The notes below the pieces were generated by a model. The model did not search any database, was not told the origin of the DNA, and saw only the letters and a list, made by a program, of their open reading frames with translations. The position numbers were made by a program, and so were the translations under genes. This document shows, one piece after another, positions 47,688-56,167 of a DNA stretch of 64,000 nucleotides. Positions within the stretch are counted from its first letter, which is position 1, and every line of letters begins with the position of its first letter. Origin of the DNA: an uncultured Terracidiphilus sp. (GTDB taxonomy: Bacteria > Acidobacteriota > Terriglobia > Terriglobales > Acidobacteriaceae); NCBI GenBank assembly GCA_964644105.1, contig CAZXVX010000001.1, positions 1,909-65,908 on the forward strand. The letters run 5' to 3'.

Positions 47688-49006
47688 TGAATCGTCCCAT
47701 TTGCTGCATCCTGACGGTCGCATTCACTCTGTTGAGTGGCTCCAACGTTGCATTGCACGCACAAAAGCCCGCTGCGAGCACCAAAGCATCTGAGGAAGAA
47801 CTGAAGTTTGTGGTCATCGTCAGCCGCCACGGCGTGCGCTCGCCCACCGGCAAGACCGACCAACTGAACCCGTACTCCCGTGAGCCGTGGCCGGCTTGGA
47901 GCGTTCCTCCTGGCTATCTGACTGAGCACGGCGCGCAGTTGATGACGCTTTTAGGCGCCTATGACAGAGAGTTGCTGGCTGCGCAGGGTTTAATTGCACC
48001 AAGTGGTTGCGCCGATGCGTTAAAGATCAGAATCATCGCCGACTCCGATCAGCGCACGCGCGAGACCGGCAAAGCGCTGGCTGCGGGACTCGCCCCAGGC
48101 TGCGCGATCCAAGTCAATGCTCTGCCCGAGGGAACGCCTGATCCGCTCTTCCATTTTCAAAGTGCGAACGTGGGCCAACCAGAGAGGCTGCTGGCAACGG
48201 CTGCGATTGCAGGACGCATCGGCGGCAATCCGCAAGCACTGATCGAAGCCTACCGGCCACAACTGCAAGCGCTGGAAGATGTATTGCGCGGTTGTTCCGG
48301 CGCAAATTGCGAAGGCAAACCAGAGCGGCTTTCGCTCTTCGATATTCCCTCCTCAATTGCGCCGGGGAAAGGCGATCACCTGGTTGATCTGCACACGCCG
48401 CTCAGCCTTGCATCTTCGATGACCGAGAATTTCCTGCTGGAATATTCCGAAGGCTTGGATGCAGCCAATGTGGGCTGGGGTCGCGTGGACTTGAACAAGC
48501 TGCGCGAACTGATTCAACTCCACGAGGCCAGCGAAGAGATTGAGCGGCGCACGCCATTCATTGCGCGCATCCAATCATCCAATCTGCTCGCGCATCTTCT
48601 TGATTCGATGCGTCAAGCGGCGGAAGAGGAGCCGGTTGCCGGGGCATTGACCAAGCCCGGCGACCGCGTGCTGATTCTAGTCGGCCACGATACAAACCTG
48701 TCAAATATCGCCGGGGCATTGGGGCTTGATTGGATCGAAGACGGTCGCCGCAACGACACTCCGCCCGGCGGCGCGCTGGTCTTCGAGCTATGGAAAAAGC
48801 ATCGTTCAAAGGAGTATTCAGTTCGCACCTATTACACGGCACAAACTCTTGATCAGATGCGCATGGCCCTGCCGTTAAACACCAATCATCCTCCCGAGCG
48901 CGTACCTGTCTTCGTGCCGGGATGCAGCCGGAGCGACGGCTCCTGCCAATGGATTTCATTTCAGCAAACTGTGAGATCGGTAATCAATCCAGTGTTTGTC
49001 AAGTAG
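47684..49006 (+). CDS. Histidine acid phosphatase/phytase (AppA/Agp family)
   Basis: RHGVRSP, GYLT, DQRTRETG, GHDTN and TPPGGALVFELW, with a signal peptide. Confidence 0.92.
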   Translation: MMNRPICCILTVAFTLLSGSNVALHAQKPAASTKASEEELKFVVIVSRHGVRSPTGKTDQLNPYSREPWPAWSVPPGYLTEHGAQLMTLLGAYDRELLAAQGLIAPSGCADALKIRIIADSDQRTRETGKALAAGLAPGCAIQVNALPEGTPDPLFHFQSANVGQPERLLATAAIAGRIGGNPQALIEAYRPQLQALEDVLRGCSGANCEGKPERLSLFDIPSSIAPGKGDHLVDLHTPLSLASSMTENFLLEYSEGLDAANVGWGRVDLNKLRELIQLHEASEEIERRTPFIARIQSSNLLAHLLDSMRQAAEEEPVAGALTKPGDRVLILVGHDTNLSNIAGALGLDWIEDGRRNDTPPGGALVFELWKKHRSKEYSVRTYYTAQTLDQMRMALPLNTNHPPERVPVFVPGCSRSDGSCQWISFQQTVRSVINPVFVK

Positions 49007-49127
49007 TTGTTTCTCGCAAAAATACCATCTGGCCGCATGACACGAAAATATGTGGGTTTGGCATCATGAAAATTACGCGGGTCTCCAGAGTCAAACACGG
49101 AGACCCGCCGAGCGAAAACCGGCGTGG

Positions 49128-49345
49128 CTAGTTCGCGCTAGTCCCCCAGAGAATGCCTCTTCCGCTTCCACTGAAGTAAACCGTGCCGAAGGTGCGCATG
49201 TCTCCGGTGACGTGGTCGATTCCGGCATACTGGTGCGCATCGTCATTGATCCTGATCCACGAAGCGCCGCCGTCGGTGGAGCGGAATAGCCCCCATTGCC
49301 CGCTGATGGTGCCGGCGATGAAGAGGGTTAGAGTGCCTGCCTTCT
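49128..49345 (-). pseudogene. C-terminal remnant of GH74 xyloglucanase-like gene
   Basis: GLFRSTDGGASWIRINDDAHQY...TGDMRTFGTVY...GRGILWG matches the GH74 C-terminus. Only about 70 aa remain. Confidence 0.75.
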
Positions 49346-49370
49346 GCTCTACCAGCACTCGGCACCCCGA

Positions 49371-49414
49371 GCGGATGCCCCGGCCCCTTCGCATTTGCTG
49401 GCCGGGGCATCCGC
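49371..49414 (-). terminator. Hairpin after GH44 gene
   Basis: Perfect 15-bp inverted repeat GCGGATGCCCCGGCC / GGCCGGGGCATCCGC. Confidence 0.65.
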
Positions 49415-49415
49415 C

Positions 49416-51950
49416 CTACTTCGGCACCACCACCAGCGTGATCGACTGCGCCGGGAAAGTCCCTGCAATGGTGCTCGTCGTGCCGCTGCCGCTCGGCGGC
49501 ACAATGGCCACCGCCGCCAGCGGCACAATGTTCGCAAGGTTCGCGTTGCTGTACTGGTACTCCTGCGCCGTCGCCGACGAGCTCGTGAAATTCTCCAGGG
49601 ACAGCGTCGAGGTCAGGGTCCCGTATGTCTTGTTGATCACCACAATCGTCAGCGCCCCATCCGAGCTCCGCACGGCGCCATACACCGACAGCTTGCCCTG
49701 GTCTGCGCTCACGGACTGTAACGCGGTGTCGCCGAACATGCTGTTCTTTCCGTCGTAGTTGCGGTAGATCTCAAAGGCCATCAGCCCTGGCGATGCGGGA
49801 GCCGGTTGTCCCCAGAGGGTGGCAAGATCAAGGCCGTACTTTCCGAAGATTCCCAGGACGTCTGCCTGCGCCAATGCCCCATTGAGCGAATTAATGTCGC
49901 CCCAGTTGTACTCGGTGAAGGCCAGCTTGGTACCGGGAAAGTCGTTCGCAATCCATTTCTGCGCCATGGGGATCAGTTGCGGCGCCTGCAGCGGCACGTT
50001 GCAGCTTGTGGTGTAGTTGCTGTCGGTGGGGTAATTCGGCTGGGTGTAGTTCGGGTTGGTGTACGTCGGATCCCAGAACGCGCGGGTAGAATCCACCAGC
50101 GTAATTTGCCCCTGCGTGTCCGAGGAGGCGTCCACCCCCGTTGCGCTGCCTTGATACGTCGCGGCGAAGTAGGTGTGCATGTCCAGGTAGTCCAGCAGCC
50201 GCGCGCCATAGGCCGTGCTCGCGCTGTTCATCTGCTGGAGGTAGTATTCGAGGAACGGAATGCCGCCGTGCGCTTTGCGGTCCGCTTGATTGCTCCACCA
50301 CTGATAGCACGGCCCGGTGCCCCATCCGCGTTCCACATCGCTCATGGAGGTGAAGTATCCCGTCCAGCCCGCAGAGACTGGCCCGCTTACCGCGGCAGTT
50401 GGATCGGCACTCTTGATCGCCTTGGCCGTCGCAATCCCTTCCGTCGTCACCTCATCGTAGGTAAACGGGTTCGGGTGAACGTCGCGATGCACCGCGGACC
50501 ACCAATCGGGCTCGTTGTCCAGGCTGTAGATGGCCACGCCCCCGTTCGCCGCGCTGCCGAACTTGCTCACAAGGTAGGTCACCCATCCGCCGGCCCAGTC
50601 CGGGCCTACGGCCTCGTCAGTCAGCGTCGGGTCGTTCCCCGTGATGTTGCATCCGCCGGCTTGCGTGCACCCGCTGACACCCTGCGGATAGACCCCGTTG
50701 CCGCAGTTTGCATCCCAGGGGTCATATGCGGTCTGTTGCGGATACGTGGAGGTCGGGAAGCTGCACGTGGTGCCGTCCTTCGCCACCCAGCCCAAGACCG
50801 GCACCGTCCCCAGTGTTTTGGCGCCCACCGATTTGTCTGACTCGAACGTTTGGTTGAATTTGCTCGTGTCCTGCGTGCCGCCGCCCTGAACGTGATTCTC
50901 AAAGTACCAGTCAGACGCGGTGTTGTTCACATCGGCCTTGTAGTTGTAGCGCGTGCCCCCATCGCCGCCCCAACGGTCCACCGGCAGATTGATCGCCTTC
51001 TCCACCGTCTCGTTGTAGGCAAACGCGTTCATCCCGTAAATGTCCGGGCTGATGGCATGCGTTTGATCGGCTGCATCCACCGTCAGGGCCGGTCCCGCGG
51101 CCGTGGCCGGCGGGTTCAACGCGACGGTTACGCTACCGCTGATGGAATTATTGTCCTGGCTGGTTGCCGTCACGGTCACCGTGGCCGGGGCAGGGAAGGG
51201 CGTGTCATACAAGCCCTTCTGGCTGATTACTCCTGCGCTCAGGCCTGCACACGAGCTGCAGGTCACGCTCCACGTCACATTCTGGCTGAACGTGCCCGTC
51301 CCCTTCACGGTCGCGGTGAATTGTTGCTGGGTGCCGATGACCGCCGCATTCGGCGTCACCGTGATCGAGGTAACTCCCGAGACCGCCGTCACGCTCAGCG
51401 AGACCGTGGCGGTGACGGAATTGAAGTCGGAAGAATCGGTGGGCGTAAATGTAACCGAGAGCGTCTGCAATCCGGCCGTGTTCATCACCGTGCCGGAAGC
51501 AGGCGTGTAGACGAAAGCGCCCGGCAGGCTCGTGCCGCCAAAGCTGGCTGTCGCGTCCAATTGCGTAGCGCTCAGCGCTGTGCCCACACTCACGGCTGCC
51601 GGAGTATTCCAGGTGATTGCGGGTGTAGCTTGATTGACCGTGATCGTGTTCGTCGCCGTTCCTGATTGAACCTTGCTGGAATCGCTAGGAGTAAACTTCA
51701 CGGAAAGCGAATGCGAGCCCGCGCCAAGCACTGTTCCGGCAACTGGCGAATATGCAAACGTGCCGGGATAGTTGGCGGTTGCATTCAACTGAGTGGCGCT
51801 CAATGCCGTCCCATAGGTAATAGCTGCCGGAGCGGGCCAGGTAATCGTCGGCGTAGCAGAAGAAGAGGATGAGCCGGCGCCTCCACCGCTGCAACCAACA
51901 AGAAAGGCAGAGAGAGTGAAGGCAGAGAGCAGGTGCAGCCGAGTGAACAT
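49416..51950 (-). CDS. Glycoside hydrolase family 44 endoglucanase lipoprotein with Ig-like domains
   Basis: Lipobox LVGC, ISPDIYGMN, RWGG..TRYN, LDNEP...VHRDVHP, RLLDYLDMHTY and TEYNWG. Confidence 0.9.
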   Translation of the reverse strand: MFTRLHLLSAFTLSAFLVGCSGGGAGSSSSSATPTITWPAPAAITYGTALSATQLNATANYPGTFAYSPVAGTVLGAGSHSLSVKFTPSDSSKVQSGTATNTITVNQATPAITWNTPAAVSVGTALSATQLDATASFGGTSLPGAFVYTPASGTVMNTAGLQTLSVTFTPTDSSDFNSVTATVSLSVTAVSGVTSITVTPNAAVIGTQQQFTATVKGTGTFSQNVTWSVTCSSCAGLSAGVISQKGLYDTPFPAPATVTVTATSQDNNSISGSVTVALNPPATAAGPALTVDAADQTHAISPDIYGMNAFAYNETVEKAINLPVDRWGGDGGTRYNYKADVNNTASDWYFENHVQGGGTQDTSKFNQTFESDKSVGAKTLGTVPVLGWVAKDGTTCSFPTSTYPQQTAYDPWDANCGNGVYPQGVSGCTQAGGCNITGNDPTLTDEAVGPDWAGGWVTYLVSKFGSAANGGVAIYSLDNEPDWWSAVHRDVHPNPFTYDEVTTEGIATAKAIKSADPTAAVSGPVSAGWTGYFTSMSDVERGWGTGPCYQWWSNQADRKAHGGIPFLEYYLQQMNSASTAYGARLLDYLDMHTYFAATYQGSATGVDASSDTQGQITLVDSTRAFWDPTYTNPNYTQPNYPTDSNYTTSCNVPLQAPQLIPMAQKWIANDFPGTKLAFTEYNWGDINSLNGALAQADVLGIFGKYGLDLATLWGQPAPASPGLMAFEIYRNYDGKNSMFGDTALQSVSADQGKLSVYGAVRSSDGALTIVVINKTYGTLTSTLSLENFTSSSATAQEYQYSNANLANIVPLAAVAIVPPSGSGTTSTIAGTFPAQSITLVVVPK

Positions 51951-52291
51951 GGTTGCCGATTCCTTTCGGATACGAGTGATTTGGAAGACAGTCAAATCGG
52001 CGGGTTGCCATACACACTTGTTGCCTATCCGCGAGTGTCTATCTTCGGGTCTTCACAGATTCTATTCAGGTGAAAGGAGCGTTTTGAGGTTAAATTTGTA
52101 CAATATTGTTCCTTGATTGGTTAGGGTTGTAATTCTCGTATAATCAGTACGTTATAGGCCTTGTTACATGGTTTGAGATGAGGCACTCGCAGGGTTCGGA
52201 TACCCACAATGGTTGGCGTTTCAGCTCGTGGGCGATTATTCGCGAGCGCTGTTGAAAGGATGCACAAAAAGATAATCTGAGGGATTTTGGC

Positions 52292-52305
52292 TAAGTATTT
52301 GATTT
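52292..52305 (-). promoter_or_regulatory. IHF-like site abutting tRNA 3' end
   Basis: Minus strand AATCAAATACTTA fits the WATCAANNNNTTR consensus. Confidence 0.4.
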
Positions 52306-52308
52306 AAT

Positions 52309-52386
52309 TGGCGTCCCCGACGGGATTTGAACCCGTGTTATCGCCGTGAAAGGGCGGTGTCCTAGGCCGGGCTAGACGACGGGGAC
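52309..52386 (-). tRNA. tRNA-Glu (TTC)
   Basis: Reverse complement GTCCCCGTCGTCTAG...CTTTCAC...GGTTCAAATCCCGTCGGGGACGCCA: acceptor stem, T-loop, anticodon TTC and encoded CCA. Confidence 0.97.
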
Positions 52387-52434
52387 GCTGAAGAGGCATC
52401 AAACCGCCATTGATTGGCTTGCCACCCCTTATGA

Positions 52435-52463
52435 ATCCTAACAACTCGGCAGGGTCATGTCAA
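52435..52463 (-). promoter_or_regulatory. Sigma70-type promoter of the tRNA
   Basis: TTGACA-N17-TAGGAT on the minus strand. Confidence 0.7.
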
Positions 52464-52520
52464 AGTGGGCGGCTATACCCTCCATGATGTACTATCGGAA
52501 GTTAGATTCCTGAAGCCGCC

Positions 52521-53132
52521 ATGAACGACGCTGCCAGCATACGATTTCACCGCTACCGCACCGCACCCAACCTGCTGACGTTGCTACGCATCTGCCTAGC
52601 GCCTTTTTTGGTAACGGCCATCCTGGAGGGTCGCTATGAGCTGAGCTTTGGGCTCTTTGTGGCCGCGGGACTCACCGACGCGCTGGACGGCCTGCTGGCG
52701 CGACTACTGCAGCAGCGCAGCCTGTTGGGCGAGTACCTGGACCCGGTAGCTGACAAATTGCTCCTCAGCACGCTCTTTCTGGTGCTGATGCATATCGGCC
52801 TGATCCCGCTTCGGGTGACGGTGCTGGTCTTCAGCCGGGATGTTGGAATTCTAGTGGTGGCCGCAATTTTGTATGCGGCCACGGGGCGGCGGGAATTTGT
52901 TCCCAGTCTGCTGGGCAAGGCCAACACGCTGGCGCAGGTAGCGGCAGTGGCTGCCGTGCTGCTGCAGGCCATGCTGCGGCAACGCATGGTCTCGCTCGAT
53001 TGGGTGGCCATTCTGAAGGCTTGGGCATTGTATGCCACGATGACGTTGACGGTTGCCTCGGGCCTGCACTATTCCTGGGTTGCGGCGCGCCGCGTCGGCG
53101 CTCAGACCGTGAACGGGAAAGCCACCAAATAA
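52521..53132 (+). CDS. CDP-alcohol phosphatidyltransferase (PgsA/cardiolipin synthase-like)
   Basis: PNLLTLLR and TDALDGLLAR...LGEYLDPVADK. Confidence 0.93.
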   Translation: MNDAASIRFHRYRTAPNLLTLLRICLAPFLVTAILEGRYELSFGLFVAAGLTDALDGLLARLLQQRSLLGEYLDPVADKLLLSTLFLVLMHIGLIPLRVTVLVFSRDVGILVVAAILYAATGRREFVPSLLGKANTLAQVAAVAAVLLQAMLRQRMVSLDWVAILKAWALYATMTLTVASGLHYSWVAARRVGAQTVNGKATK

Positions 53133-53149
53133 AACGGGTTGGCCGCGTT

Positions 53150-53314
53150 TCAGGCGTCTTCAAGGTTGGGTTCTGTTTCGGCGGTTTCTTCAATCTCCAT
53201 GTCGCGGAACTCGTCGGAGTCAAAGACATCGCCACAATCCAGGCACTCGACAAACTCGCTGTCTTCATGCCGAGAAACGATGCGGACTTTAGGATGCTTG
53301 CAGATGGTTGCCAT
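53150..53314 (-). CDS. Small zinc-ribbon-like protein (54 aa)
   Basis: MATICKHP...VECLDCGDVF with an acidic tail (CxH...CxxC). Confidence 0.65.
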   Translation of the reverse strand: MATICKHPKVRIVSRHEDSEFVECLDCGDVFDSDEFRDMEIEETAETEPNLEDA

Positions 53315-53458
53315 CGGTCGCTGGTTCGGTGGTGTAAATTCCCTATGCGCAAATTGTATCGGCAATTCCATTTTTTTCCCATAGAAATTTATTGAATATT
53401 TTGATTCGCCTACCAAGAATTTCCATTCAGAAAACTCGGTATTAGGAGATGTCTCGAT

Positions 53459-53518
53459 AGGGCAAGGCTTCAACTGTGCCGCAAATGGCTCAAACTAAAT
53501 GCCGGGCTTTCGCCTCTG
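53459..53518 (-). repeat. Degenerate REP-like element, copy 3
   Basis: Minus strand CAGAGGCGAAAGCCC...TTGAGCCATTTGCGGCACAGTTGAAGCCTTGCCCT aligns with 7836-7894. Confidence 0.65.
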
Positions 53519-53647
53519 CGTGGGTGTTTGTCCGTGGTTGTGACTGGTTCAGAGATCCCCGGATTGCAAGCATCATACGCAGCAGATGGCCATGACGGAG
53601 ATCGATCCTGAAGTTGTCCTTTGAGCCGCCTCACGGTTGAATATCCT

Positions 53648-55288
53648 CTACTGCTGCTCACTACGCGCCTCGGCTTTTTCGGTGAGCACTTTGTGGGCAT
53701 TGTCTTCCAGGGCCTGGGCTTCGGGCAGGAAGTTAAGCGCCTTTTGAATCTCCGGATCCCATTCGACCCGCGCGCGCGATCCCCTTAACTGGCCAAACTG
53801 GATGGTGAAAATCTTTTCCTTGATGCCGATCTTGACCCAGTCCAGCACGCCATTCAAATCGGCCTCGGTCCAGGGAATGTTCTGACTGGTGAGGTATTTT
53901 TTGAACTCGGCAAGCACGGTTGCATCCACCTGAAAGTTCTCGTCCACCGTGCGGTGCGCCAGATAAACGGGCGCAAAGTGGAAGAAAACATCCTTGTAGA
54001 GCAGTTCATCCTGGAAGTGGTTGTTTTTCGGGGATTCCACCTTTTCATCCGGCGTGATGCCTCCGCCGCCGTAGACGGTGCGTCCGGCGTCGGTCAGCTT
54101 GACCTCGCGGTTGGCGGTATCGCTGGGCGCTGTGCCGCCGTGGCTGTAGTAATCGTAGAGCGAGACGCCGGTATAGTTGCGCTGAATGAGTCGCCCGGAG
54201 GGGGTGTAGTAGTGATAGGTGGTAAGCGCCAAGCCGGTGTTTTCACTCAGGTTATAGACGGTCTGCACCAGGCCCTTGCCGAAGGTTGTCTCGCCGACAA
54301 TGAGGGCGCGGTCGTGATCCTGCAAGGCGCCGGAGACGATTTCTGCGGCTGAGGCCGTTCCTCTGTTCACAACCACTACGATGGGGAAACTTCTGCCTGC
54401 GTTCCCGTGTGTAGCCACATAATACTTGTCGGTGTTCTCGGAGTTGGGCCGCCCGCGCTGACTTACGATGGTCTGGCCCTTGCTGAGCAGATGGTCGCAG
54501 ACCCCGACCGCCTGGTCAAGCAGCCCGCCGGGATTGTTGCGCAGGTCAAAGATCAGGCCTTTCAGGTTGCCGAAACTGTCAATCGATCGGGCCACGTCTT
54601 CAGCGGTGTCCTCCTGGAACTGCGTAAGGTGAATGTAACCGATACCGGGACGAATCTCGAAGGCCTGGTCAACCGATGGATGCGGAATGGAATCGCGCAC
54701 CAGATTGAAGACCAGTGGATTGGGCTGCCCTTCACGCAGCATCGTCGCCTGCACGCTGGTTCCCCTGGGCCCCTTGAGCGCCTTGGCCACCAGATCGGAA
54801 GAGGTCAACTGGTTAGGATCCTTGCTTTCCACGTTGACGATCTTGCCGTCGACCGCGTAGATGATGTCACCGGGGTGGATGCCGGCGCGATAAGATGGTG
54901 TGCCCTCGTACGGTGTAACGACGTAGACTTTGCCATTCTGCTGCTGGATGAGCATACCGACGCCGTAATAACGGCCATGCTGCTCCTCGCGCATCTTGGC
55001 GTAGGCCTTGGGGTCATAGAAGTTGGAGTGCGGGTCCAGCACGCGCAACATTCCTGGAATGGCACCGTCGTAGATGGCTGTGTCGGCCTTGTCGCCGTCA
55101 ATCGGCTCGGCGTAGTTCTGCTCGACCAGCGCATAGACATCCAAAAAGTCCTTGAGATTGTCGCGCACCTGGCCTTCGTCGGCCAAAGATTGCGCGCCGA
55201 CCCCGCGCTGCAAAACGCTGCCCGCGACGGCGCAAACGGCAAAGAAGAGAACCACGGCGAAGAGGGCGCGGCGTGCGCGAGGAGTCAT
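53648..55288 (-). CDS. S41 family carboxyl-terminal processing protease
   Basis: LDPHS, PDZ domain, DLRNNPGGLL, TASAAEIVSGALQD and TFGKGLVQ. Confidence 0.95.
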   Translation of the reverse strand: MTPRARRALFAVVLFFAVCAVAGSVLQRGVGAQSLADEGQVRDNLKDFLDVYALVEQNYAEPIDGDKADTAIYDGAIPGMLRVLDPHSNFYDPKAYAKMREEQHGRYYGVGMLIQQQNGKVYVVTPYEGTPSYRAGIHPGDIIYAVDGKIVNVESKDPNQLTSSDLVAKALKGPRGTSVQATMLREGQPNPLVFNLVRDSIPHPSVDQAFEIRPGIGYIHLTQFQEDTAEDVARSIDSFGNLKGLIFDLRNNPGGLLDQAVGVCDHLLSKGQTIVSQRGRPNSENTDKYYVATHGNAGRSFPIVVVVNRGTASAAEIVSGALQDHDRALIVGETTFGKGLVQTVYNLSENTGLALTTYHYYTPSGRLIQRNYTGVSLYDYYSHGGTAPSDTANREVKLTDAGRTVYGGGGITPDEKVESPKNNHFQDELLYKDVFFHFAPVYLAHRTVDENFQVDATVLAEFKKYLTSQNIPWTEADLNGVLDWVKIGIKEKIFTIQFGQLRGSRARVEWDPEIQKALNFLPEAQALEDNAHKVLTEKAEARSEQQ

Positions 55289-55517
55289 AAGCGGGAAAAA
55301 CCTCCGGGCTGCTAAGCGGTTCCGACTTGTAACAGGCCGGGAACAGCAGTCTTAGGGCTAAAGTATAGCACTTATGCATTGGACGCTGAGCGCAACGCTT
55401 CTGGTAGCGCATAAGCGAAGTGTGGCAGCCAGTTGATTCAATGGAAACACAGGTAACCAAAGGCGGGCGATCGGTTCGCGGACTCAGGAAACTACGCCGC
55501 AGTCGCATTCGACAATC

Positions 55518-55546
55518 AAAAGCGCCGCCCAGCGGACGGCGCTTTT
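55518..55546 (-). terminator. Rho-independent terminator
   Basis: AAAAGCGCCG ... CGGCGCTTTT stem with a T tract, downstream of the 75-aa gene. Confidence 0.7.
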
Positions 55547-55574
55547 CAGAGGCAGCTCCAAGAGAACAGCGTGT

Positions 55575-55802
55575 CTATAACGCAGACTCAATCTCAAAGC
55601 CCCAGGCTTCCAGAAGAGCCTCAGGGATGTACTTGGAGTTTTTATTGCGGCGAGCCCACTCCCGCAGACGGGTGGACCGGATGTACTGATCCGGGTTGAG
55701 CTTGAACTCCTTGACGATCTGTTCAAAGGAGGTCACAGTGGGCACAACCGGGCCAATCGGCTCCGGTTTGCCCCAATTCGGATTTCCACGACGTTTTGCC
55801 AT
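55575..55802 (-). CDS. Small basic hypothetical protein (75 aa)
   Basis: AAGGA RBS and its own terminator. MAKRRGNPNWGKPEP... Confidence 0.75.
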   Translation of the reverse strand: MAKRRGNPNWGKPEPIGPVVPTVTSFEQIVKEFKLNPDQYIRSTRLREWARRNKNSKYIPEALLEAWGFEIESAL

Positions 55803-56088
55803 CGATTTGTTGTCCTTATGTGGAGAGGTTACGCGTGCACCTTGGACTGCTGCCGGGGTTTGGTGGCTGGTCCAGACATAAAACCACTCTCTTATTTTAC
55901 ATAGATTTTATTCAAAAATCAAGATCAAAATCGAACAAAATAAAGAACAATCGCATCCAAGAAGGTAGGAGAGCGCCGGCGCCGCACAATGAAATTGCGG
56001 TTGAGCGGTTGGCATTCCAGGGTTGCAGAGATAAGTTGAGTGTGGGCCTCTGCATCCTCCTCCACCCTTTATTTCAAAACTCCGTACC

Positions 56089-56115
56089 TCAAGTTGAAGC
56101 ACATCCTACCGATAT
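56089..56115 (+). promoter_or_regulatory. Sigma28 (FliA)-type promoter
   Basis: TCAAG-N14-ACCGATAT upstream of cheA. Confidence 0.7.
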
Positions 56116-56167
56116 AGGGAGATGAGTACTCGCTGTGCCGGGGAATGTCATCCTGGCCGGTGGATGA

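Noticed and set aside
53470-53640. Possible 6S-like long hairpin RNA (ends partly complementary)
   Set aside because: One arm is explained by the degenerate REP copy and the internal pairing is unconvincing. An Rfam cmscan would settle it.
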